From contig NC_073398.1 in assembly GCF_028641065.1 (NCBI RefSeq), positions 18,724,001 through 18,788,000 of the forward strand: DNA of 64,000 nt. The letters run 5' to 3'. The DNA is from Leucoraja erinacea (lineage: Eukaryota). Below, in pieces: positions 1 to 12,485 of the stretch (positions are counted from its first letter, which is position 1; each line of letters begins with the position of its first letter). The translations under genes and the position numbers were made by a program. The notes beneath the pieces were generated by a model that was not told where the DNA came from, searched no databases, and worked only from the letters and a program-made list of their open reading frames with translations.

Positions 1-782
1 TAAATCAGCATCTGCAGTTCCTTCTTACAAATATCAACATAAATACTAGTTTACCAAAGCTAATAAATAATTTTCTGATCTTTCATCAGTCACCATATCC
101 TGTTTTGTCTGGATAGTGAAAACCACAAATAGTGAGAACCACAATACCTTCTGCTTTAACTGTTAACCAAAGATCCACACCTTCCAAAATCAGAAAACGA
201 TTGGTTCCAATTATATATATTTGATGTTACCAGAGAGCAATGATTCCATCAAAAGCTTTTTATTCTGGCAATAGAGGGCCATGATAAAGTTGGCATTTCT
301 CAAAGTGAACATCAATTATTCTTAAAATGCCCAGCAAGCTTACAGTATAAATTTATTTTCAATATGACGGAAATGTGCATCTAAGTTCTTAACATCCTTT
401 CCGATGAATCAAAAGTCATAACTCAAATGAATGAATGGATGATACTTTATTGTCACATGTGACAAGCCACAGTGATATTCTTTGTTTTGCCTATGCAAGG
501 TATGCAAAGAGTTGCCACATAAAGGCCGGCAACAAAGTTACAAAGTATTCAATTTTTCCCAAACCATTTTTAACACAAGAAGGAACTCATCTTGATGGGT
601 ACACTTAGAGAGGATAGCTCTCAGGTGGTGTCATTTCATAGATTTCATTTCTCTGTGTAGGTAAAATTAGGCAACGAACACCTTATGTACGTTAATTAGG
701 AATCAAATGTCTGCTGAGGAAGTTATTATAATGCAAGGGTTAACCAGGCTTTTAGCTAAAACTAGTAGTTTCATTCTCTATT

Positions 783-1032
783 GAGTCATAAAGTGATGCA
801 GCTTTGGAACAAGCCCTTCAGCCCAACTTGCCCACAATGGCCAACATGTCCCAGATACATTAGTCCCACCTGCCCGTGTTTGCTCCACATCCCTCCAAAC
901 CTGTCCTGACCATGTACCTGTTTAACTGTTTCTTAAAAGTCGGGATAGTCCCGGCCTCAACAACCTCCTCTGGCAGCTTGTTCCTTGCACCCAACACCCT
1001 TTGTGTAAAAAAGTTACTCCTCAGATTCCTAT
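783..1032 (-). mobile_element. CR1-type LINE 3' fragment
   Basis: Antisense CR1 3' end (aacaagcccttcagcccaac...gcctcaacaacctcctctggcagcttgttcc). Same subfamily as 9051-9405, 13305-13545 and 33674-33995. Confidence 0.75.
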
Positions 1033-1416
1033 GTCTAGCAGGCTTACTGAAAATAATAGGTGCTCATGAAAATAATTGGGCTGTCTTGGAAGAACTGGTA
1101 AATAATAAGGCCTAGGTGCATGCAGCTGCAAGGACATACAGCAGTTAGATAGGATAAGATTAGTTTTGTTCCTGATGTACTGAATAAACCAATTTTCAGT
1201 TTTGGGAAGGATAGCTAATTTTAAAAATATTGTTGGACTACCGTCTTAAAAATAAAACATAGTTGACTGTTATTTGTAAATTACGGTGAAGCACAGGGTT
1301 GGTTTATATGAGTGCATTCTGAGAGCAACCTCATCAGAATTCAATTCAGGCCATGATTCTGAAACGGTACCAGAACCCATGGGCATATAGCTGTCGTACA
1401 GAGTTCTCGAAAAGCT

Positions 1417-1623
1417 ATGTGTAGGAAGGAACTGCAGGCGCTGGTTTAAACCGAAGATAGAAGCAAAATACTGGAGTAACTCAGCGAGACAGGCAGCATC
1501 TTTGGAGTGAAGGAATGGGTGAGGTTTCCAGACGAGACCCAGAGTCTCAACCCGAAACGTCACCCATTCCTTCACTCCAAAGATGCTGCCTTCTCGCTGA
1601 GTTACTCCAGCATTTTATGTCTA
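1417..1623. mobile_element. Fold-back Penelope pseudo-LTR mini-element
   Basis: An antisense pLTR arm is followed by a sense arm (...cccgaaacgtcacccattcc...gagttactccagca). Flanked by the direct repeat TCTCGAAAAGCT at 1405-1416 and 1624-1635. Confidence 0.8.
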
Positions 1624-2284
1624 TCTCGAAAAGCTTATGCAGTTAAAGAATGTGTGATATTCAGTGTTTATTTGCTGTTTTGCTTCTGTTTCGTTGTAGC
1701 TATAGTTGTAGTTTTATTTTCATTTTTTTCCCCTATTCATTTTATATTGTTTGAATGTTCTTCCTCCATTATTGACCAAAATTCCCAAAACCTGCACATA
1801 TATTGTTACACCTTCTGAACAGAAGCTTTATCTGAGAGGTTACAATTGTGTATAATCTCCAGCAATCTAGTCATAATATCCTTGTGCCAAATCAGTGATC
1901 ATTATGTTGCTGGCTAATAAAAGAGAGATAGTTTGTCATTCTCGTCAAAGGGTGCAGTGGACCGGCAACTATTCGAGCAAATTAGATTGTGTAGTAATTT
2001 CATGGTTATTCCAATTTTTAAAACTCAGAAGCCCATTGCGCTCATTTCTAGTTAATGGTGTAATACATTGTTTATTCTGCGAATTAGTTTCTGAAAACCT
2101 TCCAGGATATCCTGACCCAAAATAAACAGCAACTTGTATTTTTATGCAGACTAAATCAATTGCAAATGATGAAATATTGAATCAAGAATGTTAGAAATAT
2201 GTGTAGATTAATCGGTCTCTGTGCAAAGGAATGGTACAGTGATGTCTGGAGTGAAAGCATTCATTGCACTCCGAATAAAATCAT

Positions 2285-2578
2285 TGTGATAGAGAACTAG
2301 AAGGCATAGTCTTAATGTGAGAAGGTCAAATTTAAAGGAGGTGTGCAGGACTTTTTTTTTTACATAGTGTGGTGAAAGCCTGGAATGCGGTGCCAGGGAT
2401 GGTGGTGGAGGCAGATAGGATAGTGGCATTTAGGAGGATTTCGGATAGGTACATGAATATACAGGGAATGGAAGGATATGGATACGTGTAGGCAGGGGAA
2501 ATTATTTAACATGGCATTATGGTTGGCACAGATATTATGGGCCAAAGGGCCTGTTCCTGTGCTGTATGTTGCATGTTA
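2285..2578 (+). mobile_element. Degraded CR1 LINE 3' end
   Basis: ctagaaggcatagtctt...gcctggaatgcggtgcca...gggcctgttcctgtgctgtatgtt, a typical CR1 ORF2 end plus 3' UTR. Confidence 0.7.
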
Positions 2579-3128
2579 ATTGACTGTGAGGGAAGGAGTT
2601 TATCTATCACATTGATTTAATTTTTTTCTTTATTTTTCGAACAGACCCAATTGATGAATTTCCCCAAAAATGAATCGGTTGGTTTCTTGGCAAAGGGTGA
2701 ATTGCAAATGTTTTGAAATAGGAATCGAAACCTTCCTGATCTTATACAATGAAGCTTTCTTTGGAACCCGGCAAGGGCAGGCCATCAAAACGCACCTCGG
2801 TTACTTGTTTAAACGTTAGAATCATGCAACTTGCCTCTATTTTTAATCCTCAGTCATCCTGAAAACTCAGGAGAAAAAAGTAGTCAAGAAAGGCAACATC
2901 CATAAACTGTGCTGCAAAACTAATGCCAATTATTGGATTAATCTACCTAAATTTCATGAATAAGGAACAACTAATAGATAGTCTTCTCATTTCAAACAGG
3001 AAGGTTTGACATTGTGAACCACCATTTGCTTCCTCTGCCCTTGGTCAGGCAACCTTTCCAACTGCAGCATACACCATGTCAAGGATGCCCCTCATTTGCC
3101 TTGTCCTATATCCACACATTGTTCATAG

Positions 3129-3629
3129 CAGGGGTCAACAACCTATGGCCCCCGGGCCACATGTGGCCCATAACCTGAAATCATCTGGCCCGCAGGCAGA
3201 TATTTTTTACCGTAAACATCCGGCCCGCCAAGCGCTGGGTGCGGCCGAGCTCCGAGCACCGAGCGTGGCTGATCGCCGAGCACCGAGCTCGGCCGAGCTC
3301 TGGCTGTACCGCATCCTGCGCAAAGCTGCCGGCACGGCCGCGCATCCTTCTGTGAACATGTTTAAGAAAGAACTGCAGATGCTGGAAAAATCGAAGATAG
3401 ACAGAAATGCTGGATAAACTCAGCGGGCGAGACATGCAAGGATCGCATGAGTGCCTCACCCGCTGAGTTTCTCTAGTATTTTTGTCTACCTTGTGAACAT
3501 GTGATTTGATGCCTGCCATCCGGGGTGGGCTGGGGGCGGGATCCATGTGTACACTTGATAGATGTGGCCCGCCATCCGCTCACAGACGTGCAACCTGGCC
3601 CCTATGCAGAATTAGGTTGCTGACCCCTG
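3129..3629. mobile_element. hAT-superfamily non-autonomous DNA transposon (MITE)
   Basis: TIRs CAGGGGTCAACAACCT (3129-3144) and AGGTTGCTGACCCCTG (3614-3629); subterminal GGCCC repeats; 8-bp flanks GTTCATAG/CTTTATAG (6/8 identical), consistent with a hAT TSD. Confidence 0.8.
3362..3491. mobile_element. Fold-back Penelope pLTR mini-element nested in the hAT MITE
   Basis: Inverted arms (aaactcagcggg / cccgctgagttt) and a perfect 11-bp TSD TGTGAACATGT at 3351-3361 and 3492-3502. Confidence 0.8.
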
Positions 3630-3635
3630 CTTTAT

Positions 3636-3898
3636 AGATACAAAATGCTGGAGTAACTCAGCGGGACAGGCAGCATCTCTGGAGAGATGGAATGGGTGAC
3701 ATTTTGGGTTGAGACCCTTTTTCTAGACCGATGTCAGGGGAGAGGGAGATACATAGACAAGGAAGTGTAAGAAGTGAGAACAGGACAAAGGGAATGGAGA
3801 TCAAGGAAAATGTAGAATATCATTATTAGCTGGGAGAAGGTAACAACAAAGGAAACAGATATAAACTGTAGTCGGGGACAGTAGGACAGGTCGAAGAA
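3636..3898 (-). mobile_element. Penelope pLTR/3' fragment
   Basis: Antisense pLTR core (gctggagtaactcagcgggacaggcagcatctctggag...gtgacattttgggttgagaccc) followed by the purine-rich 3' region. Confidence 0.75.
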
Positions 3899-3940
3899 TG
3901 CTGACCTGCGGGTGATGCCCGGATAGGGTCAGGGTTAGGG

Positions 3941-4348
3941 TTACAACGTTGCTGTTCCCGTTCCCGGCCCCTGCTGCTTATCGACCCGACCGGTAGAGCC
4001 GGGCAGCAGCCACTGGACTAGGCTGCGACCACCTTCAAAGTGCGGGCACTGCTGGTGGCCGCCGATCACTGCACCAACACGCACTTCTGCCGGTACATGC
4101 CAAGCGAGTCGGACCTGAGCTGCCTCTTGTAGTTGAGCGACGCACGATGTCAGGCGGGAGCCCCAGCTGCCCGCTCTGTTGGGGGCTGCTGGAGGCCAGG
4201 TAACTCTTCGTGTTGCTGCTGGCCCCGCTGCTGTTGCTGCTGCCTTCCTTGTAGAGCTGCCCAAACCATTGGGCTCCACTTTGCACCCCCTCGCCGTTTG
4301 GCTCTTCATGTACTTGGCCTTGTTGGCAGCCAGTCTCTACATGGCTGA
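3941..4348 (-). pseudogene. Decayed FAM110-family gene fragment (FAM110C/D-like N-terminal region)
   Basis: The minus strand reads SAM*RLAANKAKYMKSQ from 4348, resembling the FAM110 motif SAVERLxADKAKYVKSQ. A shifted frame reads KRQLRSDSLGMYRQKC (4128-4081), resembling RPDSLxIYRQKC, followed by GRSLVQWLLPG. Contains an in-frame stop and frameshifts. Confidence 0.7.
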
Positions 4349-5889
4349 TGTAGGGTGGGGGGCGGGGGGCTAATTTCTGTGTAGTGCATTATAATGTATT
4401 TATGTGAGAAATACCGATTTTCCCAACATAATACTGATTTTCAGCCATCAAAATAAGGAAATGCTCCGTGAAACTTGGCAGCTCTGCAATTAATCACAAT
4501 CACATTATGTTTGAAAATTCAAAATGTGCTTTGTGATCTAGAATTTGTTATAATAGTATGACAGTAAAATTGGTTAGTTTGAAAGTGATCATAGTAATGT
4601 AAATGCACCATTTAGTTTGACTTCAAGTTTTTGTTACTGCAAAAACTTACAGTATTTTATTTGCAGTTTTTGCATGCTCCTTTATAACATTTTACAACAG
4701 TACAACTTGATTATTCAAACAAGGACAACTTCAATTCTTGATTTTTAAAAAAAAATCTATACAACAATGGCCCCAATAATCCCATTCCACCCACTCATCC
4801 CATACTCACTTGACTCAACCAAAATTATTTCTGAAATATTGGTCATAAATTTGGTGCAAAAATGCTCCAAAATAAGTCTCAGAATGCACCAGAGGGCATC
4901 TAAAACCCCAGAGCTTCCAGGGCCCGCTTAAGGGCCCTGGACCAAGCTGCGAGGGGCTTCACGCTCGTGATGTGCGTTGCGCACACATTATTTCACATAA
5001 AATGTTTGTAATCCTGTCATGCCACCCCCCTTTTTCAAAAGCTTCGTATTGGCCTGAACTTGTCTATTTCTTGTTACAGACGTCAATCAGTCTGTTTCAT
5101 GTTGCCAGCTTTCCCTGCTTTTATTTGCACTCTGGTTGCTGTGCAATTGCTTTGTGTACCTGGAAAGTAATTGTAATGTATATATTGAGCCTTGTGATAT
5201 TTATTTGGACTTCAATAGCACTTGGTTTGTTCACTACCTGCATCTAAGACAGATCAAATTATTGGAATTCGACACGTGGATTCCCTTGAAAGCTCAAAAG
5301 AAGCCACAATATAACCTTGTTTATTGGCTGCCTCCACTATCATCCACCCGCCGCCAGCCCAATTGAATCTAGATGATTTGTTTAAAGGTGAAATTGAGAT
5401 GGATATTGCTCATCAAATTTCAGGACCGATGCATGACAGCAATTCCGTTGAAATCGTGAATTTAACATCAATGTGGACCAAGCACCTGGTCTTGTTCCAG
5501 AGAATCAAATTCCATCATAATCAAAATGTAATATAGTGTAGCTCCCTCTGTTGCACATTTGTCCTTTGGAAATAAAAAAAAACAAAGGATTCACTGTTAT
5601 TCTTTTGATAATTATTTTATTCTGTCTGCAATCTGTGAAGGTAAGCTTTTGTTTACTTCTTTTAATGAGAAAGTATCATGTTGTCAAGTACAATGGAATT
5701 AATACGAGTGCTGGTTTCATCAAGGTTTCATTAATGAAAACTCTTGACGGATGCCCAGTTTGGTTCTGTTATTCCAGTCAGAAAGGAAGATTTGCATTTA
5801 TATGGACCCTCTCACATACCCAGAATTATTCAGCACCTGATTTAGGTATCTATCTACATGTGCAATATATAGCAAAGCTGCCCTTTTTT

Positions 5890-6040
5890 ACTCTTGCAAT
5901 TTATTTTTACATTTTTTAATGATAATGTTTTTTGTTATTGTCTTCTGTATATTGTTTTTACCGTGTGTGAGCAACGCACCGTCATATTTCTTGTATGTGT
6001 ACAAATCTGGCCAATAAATTGATTCTGATTCTGATTCTGT
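5890..6040 (+). mobile_element. Rex/Babar-type LINE 3' tail
   Basis: ggccAATAAA followed by an (ATTCTG)n tail. Confidence 0.55.
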
Positions 6041-6111
6041 TTCTGACTCTGCTACATCATTCATAGCATTCTATAGCATTCTGCTATATTCATCATGCCA
6101 TAACATGATGT

Positions 6112-6277
6112 ATTCAAGAGAGTTAAATCTAGCTCTTCGGGCTAATGGAATCAAGGTTATGGGGAGAAAGCAGGAACGGGATACTGATTTTAGATGATCA
6201 GCCATAATCATATTGAATGGTGATGCTGGCTCAAAGGGCCGAATGGCCTACTCCTGCACCTATTTTCTATGTTTCTA
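6112..6277 (+). mobile_element. CR1 (HER1-like) LINE 3' end
   Basis: gggccgaatggcctactcctgcacctattttctatgtttctat terminus. A second copy lies at ~7117-7283. Confidence 0.8.
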
Positions 6278-6356
6278 TTCCTGTGATAAGGAAAACAGAG
6301 TGGCTAGTTGTCCACTGCAAGCTCTACAAACAGTTGTGTGATAATGATTTTTTTTC

Positions 6357-6780
6357 CTACTGCTCGTAGGCCCATCTTGGTCATGACTGACCATGGGTGA
6401 TGCATCCTGGTCGGATGCAAGCCTGGGCGATGTCATATGGAGGACAGGCTGTTGCCAATGCAGCACGTTCCCCCTCTCCACACTGCTGACCGATCGAAAA
6501 GAACAGCAGGGCCGTTACAGTTTGGCACCAGGAGCTGCCAGAGCGAGGTGTAGACAATGACGAACTGCCTTAGAGGCGCCGACTCCAGATTTTCTTGAGG
6601 TTTATTCATGGAGCCTTTTCCATGACTGGGTATGGCCACAAGGCAGTGGAGGTTTTAAATCAGAGTTTTCCCTCCCCTAGATGGACTGCCTTCCCAGACT
6701 GACGAGCCCCATCTGCCCAAAACGTATGGGGGCGGGAGCGTCTACCTTCCCGTGCAGGTCTATAGCACCTGCCCACTACT
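6357..6780 (-). mobile_element. RTE-clade non-autonomous LINE derivative (5' UTR-rich)
   Basis: The minus strand contains GGCAGTCCATCTAGGGGAGGGAAAACTCTGATTTAAAACCTCCAC, resembling the conserved 5' UTR of vertebrate RTE elements. No ORF. Confidence 0.55.
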
Positions 6781-8599
6781 TACTGCTACTTCAAAGATAA
6801 ATATTAATCATGACATTAAAACTTTTCAAAATGACAATATGCAATCCTTTACATCCACCTGTGGGGATGTTTCAATGTCTCGTTTCAATGTCTCATTTAA
6901 AAGGCAGCTTTTCCAACAATTCCTTACATTCTCCATGTTGGGGTACCCAAGTCTCTTGAGTTGGACTTGAGTCTGTAAATTTTGGAATAATTCTTCTCTT
7001 CATAGCTATGTGTACTCATATTACACAAAGCTGTGATCTCCAAGTCATGTGTGATTATTCCAAAAATAATCTGGTCCTCATTACCATTTCTTAGAAAATT
7101 TAGAGTTGCAATTTTCAGTTAGATATAGCTCTTAGGGCTAACAGAATCAAGGGATATGGGGGGAAAGCAGGAAAGGGGTACATATTTAAGATGTTCAGCT
7201 ATGATCATATTGAATGGCGGTGCTGGCTCGAAGGGCCGAATGGCCTACTCCTGCACCTATTTTCTATGTTTCTGTGTTTCTATACATGTGGATGCAAGAC
7301 GGATATTGTTTTCAATTACAAATAGATATCGTTGTAACATGTTTCTATCATCGGGAAAACGACAAGTTATGAAATGGAAGTGTTTCCTATTTCCGATTAT
7401 AAAATCATGAGAAGCTGCAAAAATATCAATTCAACACACAAACCTTAATGGTTCCAAAAATTAAAACACTCCAGACAAAATGAAAGGCCGCTAATGATAT
7501 TTTGAGGAGTGCTGCTTCGAGCAAAGATACAGATTATTTTCATTTTGAGAAGTACAATGACACATAAATTAAAGTACAAAAGAATTAGAAAACTCAGCTG
7601 TCGTGGAGACATTTGTACATACTGAAAAGCCTATTGAGAAAATATACAATAGTAGTTTACACATTTCAAAGATTTTCAAAGTTACATTTATCTGTCTTAA
7701 GTTTTTGTTCAAGCTCAACTTTGTGCACTTGGAGCTCAATAACTGAAGTCAAGGAGAAAGTGGATTTACTTTCAAGAGTGGCTGTGAGTTACAAACTATT
7801 TCTTGAAGATGTGGTCTATTAGATAATTAAACTCAATTCAGTGGATGTGGGATTTTACGGAAGGTGTTTGATAATGTGTCTCAGGGGACTGCTTACAAAA
7901 ATGTAGCTGCATCGATAGAAAGAGATTTGGATGGCAAAATGTGCAATGTTACAGAAACCTGGTTATCACCCAAGAATGATTGGAAGCCACATCTTCTAGA
8001 ATCTTGTCAACCATATAACCATATAACAATTACAGCACGGAAACAGGCCATCTTGGCCTACAAGTCCGTGCCGTGTTAGAAATTGGAAAACCAAATGCAG
8101 GAGCAACAGTTACTACTTTGGCAAAAATAACATTTTTAGAACAGGTAGCGGGGAGCAGAGATAGTGTGCATAGAGTTAAACAAAATATGGATCAATAATC
8201 ACAGTGATCATTGCGATAAAATGGAGGGATGCGTAAATGCAAAGATCATTAAGCAAAAACAGTGTTTAGTTTAATCACATAATAGAAGGAAAAGTTAACT
8301 TTCATACATGCGTTAGTGAGACAGAACAACTGACACTGGATGAATCACTGGCAATAAATTTCTCAAAAGTATCCTAGCAAATTTATCATAACTGTCTGCC
8401 TCCCATCTGAATCCTCCATATCTGACTGGATGGAGAGAAATAACTGAGCAACTTATTCCAAAAGTTTCCAGAACACAACTGGCTCTTTTTTGTACTGTTC
8501 AAGTGGCAGAGTCCTGTTTAATACAAGTCTTACACTAGGCCTCATAGAAAATAAGATGTATTCCTAATGTGCATACATTCTTGCACTTTTTTAATTAAG

Positions 8600-9530
8600 T
8601 ATGTACAGTTGTAGTTACTCTAGTGCAATTGTACAAGACACTGATGATGGCACTATTGGAATATTGAGTTTGGTCACCCTGCTTTTCCAAGGATATTATT
8701 AAGCAGGGAAAGCACAGGGAAGATTTACAAGGATGTTGGCAGGACTTGAGGGCCTGAACTATAAGGAGAGGCTAGGACTTTTTCCTTGGCGTGCAGGCGG
8801 TTGAAGGATGATATTTTAGATGTGTATAAAATCACGAGGGGGATAGGATAAATGCATGGAGTTTTTATTTACCCAGAGTTGGTGGAACAAGAACCAGAGG
8901 ACAGAGGTTTAAGGCAAAAGGAGAAAGATTTAATAGAAACCTGAGGGGCACCTTTTTCACTCAGTGGGTGGTGGGTATATGGAACACGCTGTCAGAGGAG
9001 GTAGTTGAGGCAGGTACTATAATAACATTTAACGGACACGGACAGATAGAGTTTGGAGTCATAGTGTGGAAACAGGCCCTTCGGCCCAACTTGTCCACAC
9101 CGGCCAATATGTCCCAGCTACACTAGTCCCACCTGCATGTGTTTGGTCCATATCCCTCCAAACCTGTCCTATCCATGTGCCTGCCTAAATGTTGGGATAG
9201 TCCCTCCCTCAACTACCTACTGTGGCACCTTGTTCCATGCACCCACCACCCTTTATGTGAATAAGTTACCCCTCAGATTCCTATTAAATCTTTTCCCCTT
9301 CATCTTAAACCCATGTCCTCTGGTCTTCGATTCACCTACTCTGGACAAGAGATTCTGTGTATATACCCAATCTCTTCCTCTCATGATTTTATATACCTCA
9401 ATAAGATACATGGATAGAAATGCTTTAGAAGTATATGGGTCAAATGCTGCAAACAGGACTATCATAGATAAGGCATCTTGGTTGGCATAGACATGTTGGG
9501 CCAAAGGCCCAGTTTCCATGCTGAATAAAT
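8600..9530 (+). mobile_element. Degraded CR1 3' region interrupted by an antisense CR1 fragment (9051-9405)
   Basis: Plus-strand CR1 ORF2 end and UTR on both sides of the insert. The insert encodes LLSRVGESKTRGHGFKMKGKRFNRNLRGNLFT on the minus strand. Confidence 0.75.
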
Positions 9531-9792
9531 CTATAATTATATAACTTTAAGGACAAATGAGCTAAACTATTAAATAAATACTATAACAGAAGTGACACTT
9601 GTTTTATTTTATAGTTTAAAATAAAGAAGATGTTTTGACTAGGACTGCAAAATTCTAAATAAGAAACTATGAAAGTCTTTAGAATTTGAGCTTTAGGATT
9701 CTTTCAGGAGGTTATTGATATGTAATGATTTTTATTCAAAAGCAATCCTACAAATGATTGGTCACAGATTATCTGCGATGGTTATTGGCATA

Positions 9793-9931
9793 CAAAATGC
9801 TAGAGTGACAGCGGGTCAGGCAGCATCTCTGGCGATGCTTCTCTCCGGAGATGCTGCCTGACCCGCTGAGTTACTCCAGCATTTTGTGTCTACCGTTGAT
9901 TTAAACCAGCATCTGCAGTTCTTTCTTACAC
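9793..9931. mobile_element. Fold-back Penelope pLTR mini-element
   Basis: Inverted arms (cagcgggtcaggcagcatc / gatgctgcctgacccgctg) and a perfect 15-bp TSD ATGGTTATTGGCATA at 9778-9792 and 9932-9946. Confidence 0.85.
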
Positions 9932-10185
9932 ATGGTTATTGGCATATTGAAGCGATGATTTGCTATGGTCTGTGCATCCAGCTCTATAAAAGGAGCTGTG
10001 CAGTCAGCCATTTGGCATAATGGAGTGTTAAATAGCAAGAGATCAATAAACTAGACTTCAGTACTCTTGAGTGAGTAAGTCCTTGATGCCTTAATGAGAG
10101 GAACCAAGCTACAGCAAGCAAGGAATCAGTAAATTGCAAAGAATTCCTTATTGAGAAGAGGAACACAACTTATTTTAATTTTAAT

Positions 10186-10503
10186 GGGCAGCACGGTGGC
10201 GCAGCAGTAGAGTTGCTGCCTTGCAGTGCCAAAGACCCGGGTTCAATCCTGAATATGGCTGCTGTCTGTACGGAGTTTGTGCGTTCTCTCCATGACCACG
10301 TGATTTTTCTCCAAGATCCTCAGTTTCCTCCCACATTCCAAAGATGTACAGGTTTGTGGGTTAACTGGCTTGGTATAAAAATGTAAACTGTCCCTAGCGT
10401 GTGTAGGAAAGTGTTAATGTGTAGGGATCGCTGGTCAGAGCGGATTCAGTGGGCCAAAGGACCTGTTTCCACACTGTATCTCTAATCTAAACTAAACTAA
10501 ACT
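10186..10503 (+). mobile_element. HE1-type tRNA-derived V-SINE
   Basis: A-box (tggcgcagcagtag), B-box (ggttcaatcc), central ttcctcccacattccaaaga core, CR1-like 3' end and (CTAAA)n tail. Confidence 0.85.
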
Positions 10504-10619
10504 CCTCAAGGTGATAAATTCAATTGGGTCTCATCTGCAAATTGTACGGCGTGATCTAAATTTGTACTCACAAATCCCACCCTGACACGGGATCAAAATT
10601 GGATGTCATCCACTTGAAA

Positions 10620-11745
10620 TCTATGTAGGAAATGCTTCTCAAGGGCCAGTTCTGCCTGGTGAGCTGCCTGCAGGTAAAGTATGGTGAAGTGGTGGAGCAA
10701 CTGTGGGTGAAGATGATGGTGAGCAGGGTCATCGGCAATAGTCAATAACTCAGTGGAATAACAAAATCGAACTGTTGATAGCTTCCAATCTGGAGTGAGG
10801 ACTCTTCATGTGTCTCTGGTTTGACTCCTTAAGGCAGAACTAATAAGCAAATGAGAAGCTAATCTTGGTGTTAGCATATTTGTTACATGAAATATATAGT
10901 GGTGTTTATGAGGCATTTAGACATGCAGGGTTTGGAAAAATATGATCATGAGCGGCCAGAAGGAATTAGTTTAATTTGGCATCATGGTTGGCACAGACGT
11001 CGTGGACAAAAGGGCTTGTTTCAGTTCTGTACTATTCTGTTAGAGCATTTCTATTATCGATTTATTTGGTAAACAAATATTACCTCGCTGTGTATTGAGT
11101 CATGTCATTACACAACTACAACATATTGTTGAAGGTCTGCCTTTTGAACAAGCTTGCAGGTTGTCGTTCATGTACACTTTTCTGCAACAATATAGTTTCT
11201 GTACAAAGGGTTGTTCCATTTTAAGTATGAGAGTCCTGGAACTGCTAAACACAGGTCTGGGTGTCATTGACAAATCTATTGCCCTTGCCAAGGATAGCAC
11301 CGTGTTATTGCTCACGCTGCTGCTGTTGCAGCTCAGGGCCAAGGATGAGTAACCAACACCACCCTCTCCCTGAGCAACTCAGACCATGACACACTGCAGT
11401 TACTGTGACCTACACGACATTTCAGACTTGCATGCAGCAATTAGTTTTTTCAGAATTTGATCATTTGTAACTTTCTTCCTACCCATGTAGCTGAATGCAA
11501 ACTACTTCCCATTCATCATCCAGCTTAAATGTTGTTTGGAACCCAGCCACCGTGCTTTAGGAATTGGTGAACAGCGTGCAGTGGGAATATGTGGGCCAGG
11601 AATGTGTTGGATAACCTGCCAGTAACCTGTAGACCTTGCACACCTGAACTTCCCTTTTCCACATGCAACGGGCCAAACAAGCTGAGTCTCCACAGCAGAT
11701 TGGAATCCAAGTGTCGACAATGTCTCAGGTAAGTTGGCCCCAATA
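10620..11745 (+). mobile_element. Highly degenerate Ty3/Gypsy pol relic
   Basis: Colinear decayed motifs: RNase H-like KAE..EA..GV (~10830-10880); VLSHV..IVEGLP and RVLELLNTGLGVIDKSIALAKDS (integrase Zn region, 11090-11300); SD..QLVFSEFDHL (~11420-11470); PIHHPA (~11508-11525). Interrupted by a CR1 tail at ~10900-11040. Confidence 0.45.
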
Positions 11746-11945
11746 CTCATCTCCCCCCCCCCCCCCCCCCCCCCCCGCCCACTTCCTCTCCCCACCCATC
11801 ACCACCACCTCACCCAGCTGCCCTGATAACCTTTGATAGATCACCATTGTTAAAGGCTTTGGAACTATTTTTAAATGCTTAATTTTATAATCAAATTTAA
11901 ACATTAACAAATAACTTAAAATATTAGGATGAAGTAAGATGACTC

Positions 11946-12485
11946 AACATAGAAACATAGAAACATAGAAAATAGGTGCAGGAGTAGGCCATTCGGCCCT
12001 TCGAGCCTGCACCGCCATTCAATATGATCATGGCTGATCATCCAACTCAGTATCCTGTACCTGCCTTCTCTCCATACCCCCTGATCCATTTAGCCACAAG
12101 GGCCACATCTCACTCCCTCTTAAATATAGCCAATGAATTGGCCTCAACTACCTTCTGTGGCAGAGAATTCCAGAGATTCACCACTTTCTCTGTGAAAAAT
12201 GGTTTTCTCATCTCGGTCCTAAAAGATTTCCCCCTTATCCTTAAAACTGTGACCCCTTGTTCTGGTCTTCCCCAACATCGGGAACAATCTTCCTGCATCT
12301 AGCCTGTTCAGCCCCTTAAGAATTTTGTAAGTTTCTATAAGATCCCCCCTCAATCTTCTAAATTCTAGCGAGTACAAGCCGAGTCTATCCAGTTTTTCTT
12401 CATATGAAAGTCTTGACATCCCAGGAATCAGTCTGGTGAACCTTCTCTGTACTCCCTCTATGGCAAGAATGTATTTCCTCAGATT
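11946..12485 (-). mobile_element. CR1 (HER1-like) LINE 3' fragment, young
   Basis: (CATAGAAA)n tail. ORF pieces LSYEEKLDRLGLYSLEFRRLRGDLIETYKILKG and FFTEKVVNLWNSLP. Confidence 0.9.

Noticed and set aside
3924-3943. Telomere-like TAGGGTCAGGGTTAGGGTTA next to a Penelope fragment
   Set aside because: Only ~3 imperfect units; too short to claim telomere targeting.
4720-5056. Possible DNA-transposon right end (...cgtattggcctg); also unclassified GC-rich pieces at 37872-38125 and 44484-44530
   Set aside because: No matching second TIR or TSD found, so they cannot be classified from this window.
2620-5650. Isolated strong splice-like signals (acceptor at ~2644, donor at 5641)
   Set aside because: No recognisable coding frame or partner site; expected by chance.
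10186-10260. tRNA-like A/B boxes (also at 29507, 32622, 34810 and 58740)
   Set aside because: These are SINE heads followed by SINE core and tail, not complete tRNA cloverleaves.
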